From positions 3,286,001 to 3,350,000 of the forward strand of contig CM039004.1 of assembly GCA_017499595.2 (NCBI GenBank): a stretch of 64,000 nucleotides of DNA, written 5' to 3'. This DNA is from Psilocybe cubensis (taxonomy: Eukaryota). Below the pieces are notes generated by a model. The model was not told the origin of the DNA. It saw only the letters and a list, made by a program, of their open reading frames with translations, and made no database searches. The translations under genes and the position numbers were made by a program. Positions 54,167 through 64,000 of this stretch are shown here, one piece after another; position 1 is the first letter of the stretch; each line of letters opens with the position of its first letter.

Positions 54167-54784
54167 CATGGAGACCGGAGTAACTACTTCCCGGACCAGA
54201 GTACTTGACATATGACAACTATCAATAGATGAAACAGGAAAACGATAGACGTGGGACCGAACACAAAGATAGAACAAGGCATGACAGCGTGGGACCATAA
54301 CAGATAACAATAATGGATAGGGGTGGCACCAATACGTACCCTGACACGGACAAAAATTCACAAAATCTGTCTGGACAAATTCTCAGTCTTGGGATCAAGC
54401 CTTTTCTGTCATTACCGGGGGTTCTTAGCTAGGTAGATAGGTTGGCTGCCATGTGGTAAAAAACAAAATTAAATACCATTACATCATGACTTTTTAGTCA
54501 CAAATTAAATATTTTAAAGCAGATAGTCATTGCTCAAGACCAAAAATTTTATGATAATGGCCTTATTTAATTGATTTGAGGCCATTAATTAGTCACAATC
54601 AATTCCATACTAAGTGTTTTGTATGCTTCCTACACCTCTAACAGCAAGTAGAGGTGAATAGAATGCTTTGTTGTAACTAAATAAAGTTAGTATGAATGAT
54701 TAGCAAACTGTGATGGAATAGAATAAAAAATAATAAACATTATATATCTAGCTATCATCCTTAATGCTACTTCAGATAACTTGT

Positions 54785-55436
54785 CATATTAAACTTGTTG
54801 TGGTATTCATACTGGCTGTGAATTAATAAGCAGCTTGTGGGAATATCCTGCACACACTGTACACAGGATATTCCCACGGTCACCACACTTTGCCTTGAGC
54901 AACTTGAACTTCTCTCATAATTGCTGATACATTACTGAAATGCATTGCATATGTTTCAGGTAAAATTCAAGTATCTGTGGCAATAGTAATTACCTTCAAT
55001 GCCACTTCAGATAATCTTGCCATATTAAACTTGTTGTGCTGTTTGTACTGGCTGTGAATTAATAAGCAGATTGTGGGAATAACTTGCATACAGTGTATGC
55101 AAGTTATTCTCATATTAAACTTGTTGTGGTATTCATACTGGCTGTGAATTAATAAGCAGCTTGTGGGAATATCCTGCACACACTGTACACAGGATATTCC
55201 CACGGTCACCACACTTTGCCTTGAGCAACTTGAACTTCTCTCATAATTGCTGATACATTACTGAAATGCATTGCATATGTTTCAGGTAAAATTCAAGTAT
55301 CTGTGGCAATAGTAATTACCTTCAATGCCACTTCAGATAATCTTGCCATATTAAACTTGTTGTGCTGTTTGTACTGGCTGTGAATTAATAAGCAGATTGT
55401 GGGAATAACTTGCATACAGTGTATGCAAGTTATTCT
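54785..55436. repeat. 326-bp tandem duplication containing internal palindromes
   Basis: 54785-55110 is repeated at 55111-55436. Diverged copies of the subunits occur at about 56757-57090. Confidence 0.9.
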
Positions 55437-56296
55437 CATGGTCATTCCAGTGTGGCTTAAGCAAGTTGAACTTCTCTAATAATTCATGAAGCAGCACAAG
55501 CCAGCAGCTTTGTGCTGGTTTGTAAGAGGTGGGAAAGTTGGTAGGAACTGACAAAGTCAATGGAGGATGTGGCATGGAGCAGTAGTTAGATTGCTGCTTG
55601 TCATTCTGTAGGTACAACATAGAAAATTGGGCAGCAGGGATGCAGACTAGCAGCTTTGCACTGCTAGTTATCAAGGAAGGCAGGAAGTGGGGGAAAAATG
55701 GCATGAATGAGCAGCATGAGGCTGCTGGTTATTGAGGGAGGCAGTGGTGGCTGTCAACCAGAAGGCGGCAGTAGCAAGGCAATAGGGTGGATGGGTATGC
55801 ATAAAAACAAACAACAATTTCTATTGTTTGGCAAAGAAGGTGCTGGTAGAGGGAATAAAAACACAGACTGGCAGTTTGCACTGCTAATTGTTAAGGAAGG
55901 TAGGGTGGCTGGTCATTAGGCAGAGGCGGAGCAGGGCAGGAGACAACCAGTAGAGCCAACAGTGTTTGTCCAGGAAGGGGTAGGAGGTTGCAGCAGCAAC
56001 ACAATTTCTTGAAAATAACAGGTGTAGTTGATACAAGTTTTTTTTACAAAAAGCCTTGTTACTGTATCCAACAGTCAATATGGAATGCATGAATAATAGG
56101 AGAATTCTGTTAATGCAGCACCAATATTCAAGAAACACCTGCAATTTCCAATAATCCTGCATTGCTATATTGTAGTGTTTAAGTTAGTACTTAGTGGTGG
56201 CAATATAGTAGGTAGTAGGAAACCTATGGTAACTGCCAAATCTGGGGCTTACAGATTTGATACTTCTGGCACACCTAGATTTTTGGACTTCCAAAC

Positions 56297-56746
56297 TGTC
56301 AGGGTTTCTCCAGTTTCTCCTCTTTATCTTCACAGAATTATCTTATCCTTTCATTATCTTATCAATTATCTGATTAGATAGTTTATTTCTTTCATCACAG
56401 CCTTCTTGCTCCACTTCTTTCTAGTAAATTCTATATGATTCCCAGTCTTACTCGTCCTTTTTCTATATGATGTCACTTTTATTCTTTAACCTTCCTTTAT
56501 GATGTAATGTAGGGAATATTCTAGAATAGCTATAGAGTATAAATACTGGACTTGTAGGTAGCTGTAGCTTCAGCTTCAATCTCTTAGGATATCCACTATC
56601 ATTGGTGTGATCTCTTAGAATCATTGAGTCTCTCTCACTCTCTTATTCTCTCTCTGCTCTCTTACTCTCCTTCTGCTCTCTCTCTCTCTCTCTTGCTTGA
56701 TCTTTGTTGGTGGCCTTGTCACACTGATTATAGTGTTGCCCTGACA
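56297..56746. mobile_element. Solo LTR (450 bp), same family as 48734-49183, opposite orientation
   Basis: TGTCAGGG...CCCTGACA termini and a 5-bp TSD CAAAC. Confidence 0.92.
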
Positions 56747-58124
56747 CAAACCTTTTGGAATTAATAAGCAGATTGTGGGAATAACTTGCATATACTGTAT
56801 GCAAGTTATTTCCACAGTCATTCCAGTGTGTCTTAAGCAAGTTGAACTTCTTTAATAATTATTAATATATTACTGCAGTGTATTGTATATATTTTAGGTA
56901 GAATACAAGTATCTTTGGCAATAGTAATTATTTTCAATCCCATTTTAGATAATCTTATTATATCTGACTTGCTATGGTGTTTATACTGGCTGTAAATTAA
57001 TAAGCAGGTTGTGGGAATATCCTGTGTACAGTGTGCACAGAATATTTCCACAGTCACCATACTTACTTTGCATTGAGCAACTTGAACTTCTGCAGCTGGC
57101 CACTTTGGTCAAAAGATGGTCATTTTAAAGATAGTTTTCTGCGCATTAAAAGGTTTGTTCAGCACACAAAATGTACTTACATACATGTAATTTACACATC
57201 AAATATATTTTAGGGAAGAAATAATGCACTAGCACTTGCAAATTATGCTTGAAATATGTTTCCGCACAGCCAATTGTGTTCACAGTAGCATTAAACTAGG
57301 CCAAAAAGCAATCTGCACACCAAACAAATGTTTCTGCATACAAATTTTATTTTATTCTTGATGCACTTTTCAAAAATAAGAAAATTATATTTACGGGAAA
57401 TATTTTTCTACTTAGGCAGCCATACACATAAGCATTCTCCCATCAGTTTCCCCTATAAGATCCTCCCAGCAGATTTGGAGCTCTTGAATATTTAGCAGAT
57501 ATACAGATTATAATAAACAAGTCCTTCCTTACAATCAGGCCTTATAACCTGTACAGCTCTTTTTTGTGTCCAACACAACTGAGCTTATAGTAGACCTAAG
57601 TCATAATAACTTAATTATGACCTTGCCCAGTATCCGGCTGTGCATTTAGAACATATTAATATATTAACTATATTATATAAATCTAGATTAAAAATATTTA
57701 TACAAATGTGAAATGTAAAGTCTTGTCATGCCATGCTTTGCGGTGGCCCACTAAAACAAGTGCACATATGAGGTTGCAAATGGGCAGGGACACGTGGATA
57801 GATCTGTGACAGGGGGTGTGGGGTGTAATATACAGTGTCTGTAGACGAAGAATAATACAAATTTGATATTGATCCATAAAGGCTAAGTCCAGAGCACAAT
57901 ATAGTGAGGATATGGCAAAGCCCATAAAAGAACAAGCAAACGAGGTGACTCAGTTTGCAAAAAACGATTCCCTTAAACTTTAAAGTCACGTGTAATTCAA
58001 TCGGAGATTGAATGAACTTTGAACTTGTCAAACAAAAATCCATCAAATCCCACGATTTTGGTATACGCCACCGCCTTCAACTGTCTGTACTACAATCAGT
58101 GACCTTGACGAGCAATCCTTCGCA

Positions 58125-59551
58125 ATGGACTCAGATGATCGTACCTTTACTGAATCCCTTGGTTCCCAGTTACCACCAGAGATTGTCGATCTCATTATCA
58201 GATTCGCTGTACCCGAACTTGATCCACATTCACTCTCCTCCGTGGCGCTTACATCACAGCACCATCGAGTACTGGCAAACACTCAAAGATTCTCTTCTAT
58301 CTCCTTTATATGCTTTGAAGAAGGAAGACACAACCGGAAGGAGGAGAAACGTATCGTAAGGCTTTCGAGGCTTATGCAGAGAGGTGGGCGACCACTGAAC
58401 ATGCGGGCAACACGCACCTTCATTACATCGCTTAGCTTGAGAGAGAGGGGAGGACACAGTTTTGCTTTCTTCAGGAATGCGGATGCTTTATGTGTCATTT
58501 TTGATAACCTCTTCAGGGATCCTGCGATACTGGATGCACCCAAACGTATTCTATCGATTGACATCGGACGCGACCAGAAATTGAGCAATTGGAATGGCCC
58601 TCTGCTTCAATCCCTACTTTCACTTCTCAGAACATCTTATCTTAACGAACTTCACCTCTTGAAAGGAGGTGGCCTACCAGTCGACCTTGTTCTTGGCTCC
58701 AATGTTGAGCATCTACGTTTCGGATCATGGGCGCAGTTCGGGAACCGTCTTCCCAAGGGAAGCGCTCGTCCGGTGACTTTGAAATCTCTGTGGATAGAGT
58801 TCTGGGCGGGATATGATCTCGAGGTATATATCAAATTTATTTGTGGTAAAAAAGAAGCACCGCCTACAATATTCTCGTGCTTAACCACTCTCACTGTATT
58901 CTATGCGTCAAATGAGCTCATCGCTACGATTTTGGGCATGACGAAGTGTCTGGAGACGTTGACGGTCGGGGTCCATTTTTCTAAAAGTAAGTGCCATCTT
59001 TACACTGTCCTACTTCTCTTGACACCTTCTAAATGTGATGTAATCGCACCACAGAGGGCGTTGACGACGAGCCATTTATTCCATACCATTCATTACCATT
59101 CCTCAAGAACCTCCACATAAAGTGTCGCTACGACACAGTCTACAGTATAACCCAAGAATCCGTGCCAATCAAGATGCTCGGCGGCTTTACACCCCCACCA
59201 CTGCTCGAATCACTCACTGTATCCATTATCTCAACGATCCAACATTACGATATGTGGGAATATCCGATGTTTGAACAAGTGCGTTTGTTTACCCCGTGGC
59301 GGAGGAATGTCTGGGATGAGCATTTGGCTGCGTTGCCGCTGAGGAGCACGACGAAGGTAGATGTCGAAGTCGAGATGTGCAGTTTGATGGGAACGTCCAG
59401 CAACCCGGACCCGCCTCGTTGGAAGGAACAGTTAGATGCTTATTTCAAGGCTGCTTTCCCATTATGTGCGGATGTGCACCACAAATTTCGGGTTTTCTTT
59501 CATGGATCTAATTATCCCTGGCGTACGGTTGGCGAGACAGCTCAGGTCTAA
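58125..59551 (+). CDS. F-box-like/LRR-like hypothetical protein, paralog of 40939-42408; 2 exons
   Basis: LPPEIVDLIIRFAVPELDPHSLSSVALTSQHHRVLANTQRFS, IFDNLFRDPAI and NVWDEHLAALPL are shared with the paralog. Intron at about 58987-59054, at the equivalent position. Confidence 0.75.
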
Positions 59552-60586
59552 ATCAGCATCGATTTGTAGATTTTAAGGGTTACACCTGGGGTCTTTGGCA
59601 CCGCTGCACATTAATATTAAGTACTGCGTTAGCTGTGACAGTGTAAATGTCATCCGGCATTGCAGTTATATGGCAGCGTATGTCATCCGTATGTTTTTTT
59701 TTTCAGTTTCAAAAAGACATTGGTAGCGATTAGTGGGTCTTCTTCAGTTCTCACAGCTAATGAATGTCACGCAAATTGAATATGTGGGTTTGAGCTTGGT
59801 TTGAGCAGTTTTGAAGAGTCTCAGCGCATCGTCTTGACTTTTTGCTTTTTATTCAGGTTTCATACTTGCGGTGGCCTTAGAAATTGAAAAATTGGTGCCA
59901 CCGTTACTAAGTAGGGTTCATGTTTATCTCTTAACCTACAATTCATTAATCCATAAAGGTCCATAGTCCATAACTTCTGGCGGGTTGACATGCAAATTGC
60001 GAAGCATCTCTTATATCGAAGTCTGTCTAGGATAGCCTAGTCATTATGTACATGATGCCACCACCTGTTTGTCAAGCCAACGATTCAGAAGTGCTGTTGT
60101 CAACATTCAATGAAAAAAATAATTCATGAATCCACAGTAGATGAGATACGTGACAAAACGCTAGGAATAACATGAGGTAGCTTGTTACATACATTTCGGA
60201 ATAAAATGACGAAAATTCAGAAAACCTGAGATGAAAATCAAAATCAAAACCAAAACCGAAACCGAAACCAAAATCACAGATCACAAAACCATAAACCATA
60301 AACCAAAAGAAAAGAAACCAAAAACATATAAACAACAAAAACAGAAAAAAATACACCAAAAAACAACGACTACCCCTCAACTCAATCTCATTCTCACCGC
60401 GCAACAGATATACAAAAAAATCAAACGTTCCAAGAAAAAATCCCACTCATACCCAGCTCATGTTCTCTTGTTCATCCACATCATACAACCTGATTTCCGC
60501 CCTCCCACTCCACCTTCAACTCGCAACACTCAACACTCAACGCTCAACGTTCCATATCCACATCCACAGAGCACAGAGAACAGAGA

Positions 60587-63500
60587 TTAGGTGGACCGCG
60601 CAAGTGCAAGCTCGGCGTATACCGCGCGTTGCCTCTCCCTCTCCCTCTCCGCATCCGCATCCGCATCCGTTTCCGCATCCGCTTCGGAATCCACTTGCGC
60701 GCTAACTAGTGCACCACCCTCAACTGCAGCTTCAGCTTCATACGCAGCCTCGAACGACTCTCTTCCACTATCCATCTCCACCTCCATCTCTGCATCGACG
60801 CTCCGGTCCGTACCAGTGCTATCCGTCAAGCTATCGCGCATGTGCATACGGTGACGAGAAAGATCACCGATGAGGGGGTCGCGGTTACGGTCGAGGGCGA
60901 GGTCACGATCTACATCTACATCAAAGTCGAGGTCGAGCGGGAGATCGAGGTGGAGGATACTAGGCGACGGCAGCGTGCTCCCGCTCTGCGCGGCGGCTGC
61001 GCGCGCGGACGCGGGGGGCGGTGTGCGTGCTGGTGTACGTGCTGGTGTACGCGCCGGTGTGCGTGCTGGTGTACGCGCTGGCGTGTGTGATTGCGTCTGG
61101 AGTGCGGATCTCGACCTCGACCCAGACCGAGACCTTGAAGACGCACACGCGCGTTGTCCCACAGATCCACCCCGCGCATGTGCCTGTGCCTGTGCGTGTA
61201 TCCTGTGAGCGATGGACACCCTCGAACTTGACGGTGTAGGCGATAGAGGCGAGTGCGGTATCCCCGTTCCACGCGCCGATGGCGCCGGGAATGGGAATGG
61301 ATTCGAAGAGGATGTGGATGTTGACGTGGATGTGGATGTGGATGAGACGGGCTCAAAGGTGAACGCCGACGAAGATGGTTGGACATGCGATGTTGTTGGT
61401 CCTGGTCCTGGTCCTACTGTGGGATTTGCCGGGACGACGAAGGGGGACGCAGCGAGCGTTATTAGCGGGACACTCCCACTCTGATTCGCATTTTTAGGTT
61501 GTAACGCAGGTATCGGGGCGGATTCCGGGACAGATGAAGGCGGGACGGGGTCCGGACTCATCCTCGGTACCACACTACCCACACCACCAGCCTCGCCTTC
61601 TCCTTGCAACTCGCGCTGCTCAAAGAGGAGTAGCACAGGCGACGGCATCGATAATGGCGAGCGCAGCGTCACGTCGCGCGGGACGTCGCTCTCGCTCTCG
61701 TTCTCATTTTCACTTTCATTTTCACTTTCACTTTCGCTCTCGCCCTGGTTCTGGATACGCCGCTCGTACTCTCCCTCTCCACGTTCGTCCGCACATTTAC
61801 CGTGGCCATCACCATCACCATCACCGTCGCCGTCGCCGTCTTCTTGGTAAGTGTGTAGGTGCGGGTACCCGTGGCTGTGCTCGTTAAACGTGAATGCATG
61901 CTGATCCTGCCGCTGCTGCTGGTGCTGCTGCTTCCCAACGTCCACCGCCCAATTCCAGATCTTGTCCGCCTCATCTTCGCTCTCACCATCATCCCCATGC
62001 TGATCCTCATTCTCATTCTCATGCGCTTTCCGATCTCGTCCCCCCGTGTCCCTTCCACTTCCACTTCCACTTACCCATTCACCTTGCCTGTCGACAACAC
62101 TAACACCCATACCCATACCCACAGACGGCGGGGACGGGGGCGGGGGCGGCGTCGAAGATACCGATGCAGATACGAGCATGCTCGTGGGCATAAGCGGCGT
62201 CGCGAGTTCCATTGACGTTTCGCCTTCACCTTCGTTTTCGCCTTCGTCTTCGTCGTTGCCCCCACCGTTTTCACCTTCGTTTTCATTTTCGCCTTTGCCC
62301 TCTCTGACTCTTTTGATTTCTCTTTTGATTTCTCCTTCGCCATCTCCTTGACCATATCCATTCCCACCCCTCTCCAAATATTCAACACCACTTCGAGCTC
62401 CAGCTGCACCGCCATCCAACACATCAGAGATAGGCACAGGCGCCAGAGCCTCGAACACAGCCGCAGCCGTAGCCACAGCCGAAGGCACGGGGACAGGCAT
62501 AGGCGCTGGCACCGAAGCCTCAAACACAGGCACAGGCACCGAAGCCTCAAAAATAGGCGCTGGCGCAGGTACATGTACAGGTACATCCGAAGCGCCATAA
62601 TCCAGAGCCGGGACAACACTATCAAGCGCCAAAATCGCAGAGGAAGATGTGAGAGGGGGGAGTGTAGCTGGGGAAATGGGCGGCTGCGCGGGAGAAGCAG
62701 CAGGAGGAGGAGCAGCAGGAGGGTGAAGGGGGTGAAGGGGGAGGGAGGGAGTTGGCGTCCACGTCCACGTCCACGCGGAAGACAAAGGACCGGGTGCCGG
62801 ATGTAGAGGTAGAGCTTGAGGCGTTGTTATTGGGGAATGTGGTGCATGAGGAAGAGGTAATAAAGATGAAGATGAGGGTGGCGGAGGAACAACAGCACAA
62901 ATTCGCAGTGGAGGTGAAGATGAAGGAGGTGAAAGAGGTGACGGAGGAGGAGGAGAACAAGGTGGTAACGCCGCGAGCACGACACCGCCTTCGAATGGGG
63001 TGGAGAGGACCATGTCGGACGTACTGCCGAACAAGCTCGCATCGGTATTCGCATCGGTATTCGCATTCGCATTTACGTTCGTGTGCGCGTATGCATGCTC
63101 GCGCTCGTTTCTATCTGAGTTTGCATCCGCGTTTTCCGTCGCAGGAGGGGGTGGGGGTGGGGGTGGTGGTGAGTGGTAGTGGTAGTGGGACGAGCCACGC
63201 GCGCGCTTGGACGGCAGTGGCAGTCCGGGCAGGGGTGTCGGTAAAGGTGCGGATCGAGGTGGATGTGGATGTGGATGTGGATGTGGATGTGGATGTGGAT
63301 GTGGATGTGGATGTGGATGTGAGGGAAGATTTGCGGATGATTGCGACGGCGCAGGTAAATTCTACAAAGAAAAAAAAAGAAGAGGAGGATGAGGATGAGA
63401 GTAAAAAGGTGAAAAGTGTTAGTGTCATATAAGAAAAAAGGCAATATACAATCAAAAAGAAATGGAAAATTGGATTGGATCGGAGTGAAAGAAACGAAGT
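60587..63500 (-). CDS. Low-complexity Pro/Ser/Glu-rich protein, 3' portion (gene probably continues upstream, possibly beyond the window)
   Basis: 815-aa ORF ending at 60587. The upstream minus-strand frame (63111-63776) has similar S/T repeats, which suggests further exons. Confidence 0.55.
63259..63321. repeat. (GTGGAT)n hexamer microsatellite
   Basis: About 10 consecutive copies; encodes (ST)n on the minus strand. Confidence 0.9.
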
Positions 63501-64000
63501 AAGATCATGCGCATGCGCATGCGCATACGTCCACACAACACACCCTCCATCACGACCGAACGGAAAGGTATCGCGGATTGCGAGGCGAGGTACACACCAT
63601 CCCAAAACGAGCGGTACAACACAGTACACAACGGACAACGGACGACCATCCCAACCCAACAAATATAAAAACCACCCGAAAAAAACAGAGATCAACAACG
63701 CGGTACGCACCTCGTTCGTTCCAACCACCACTGCCGTCGTCGTCGTCGACGATGCAGGCAGAGGTTCAAGTTCCACTTGCGTCTCGGGGTGGCGAGGTTG
63801 AACCTCGTGTGCGCGCTGATGCTCGGTATTGGATGGTATATGCTGTTGTGCTGGTGGTGCTTTCGAAGTTGGATTTGGATTTGGATTTGGACTTGGACTT
63901 GGATTTGTCCTCGACCTTGACCTTGACCTTGAGGCGCCGCTTTCGCGCTCGCGCTGGCGTGCGCGTGGAGACGAAATATCCCGCGCGTACCGATATAATC

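Larger units (their letters stand above)
52764..54346 (-). mobile_element. Non-autonomous mini LTR retroelement (1,583 bp) with two 277-bp LTRs, PPT and self-complementary PBS
   Basis: Direct repeats at 52764-53040 and 54070-54346 with TG...CA ends. Minus-strand PPT AGAGGGGAGGTGA abuts the 3' LTR (53041-53053). The PBS at 54057-54067 is complementary to LTR bases 54121-54131. Confidence 0.92.
50192..54420 (-). pseudogene. Helitron RepHel pseudogene (Zn-finger-like N-terminus, Rep, PIF1 helicase C-terminus)
   Basis: Motifs CP/NCGAFYWM..CCFDGKI, DLFITATANPNWPKI, PHMHLIVFL, ILRNLNASEGVCNG, QFPIKLAFAMTINKAQGQS and HGQLYVAISRV. Many stops and frameshifts. Interrupted by the 52764-54346 element. 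Confidence 0.9.
49966..57700 (-). mobile_element. Decayed Helitron (5' boundary uncertain)
   Basis: Rep and PIF1 helicase remnants. The minus-strand 3' end has a GC-rich hairpin-like tract followed by CTCG|T at 49966, a variant of CTAG|T. Confidence 0.7.

Noticed and set aside
54785-55436. CRISPR-like array of palindromic repeats
   Set aside because: Eukaryotic context, no cas genes, and the 'spacers' are themselves duplicated. It is a tandem duplication inside a TE.

Overview
Intron-containing fungal DNA, inferred to be an agaric basidiomycete from its short GT-AG introns, Zn2Cys6 factor and expanded F-box-like genes. The left 42 kb is gene-rich. It holds an inverted pair of near-identical type II membrane glycosyltransferase-like genes, a MARVEL-like gene, a very large low-complexity gene, several F-box-like genes, a MYND-finger gene and a Zn2Cys6 transcription factor. 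It also holds a small secreted prepro-peptide gene interrupted by a CACTG-ended MITE. From about 42.5 to 57.9 kb is a transposon island between two paralogous F-box-like genes. The island contains a three-level nest of non-autonomous DNA elements, a frameshifted pogo/Fot1-like element carrying a solo LTR, and a decayed Helitron carrying a second solo LTR. The most striking item sits inside the Helitron: a 1.58-kb mini LTR element with no pol gene. Its single ORF encodes a KH RNA-binding domain in a Gag-like frame, and its primer-binding site is complementary to its own LTR (Tf1-style self-priming). All calls were made by eye, without database searches, and exon boundaries are approximate.
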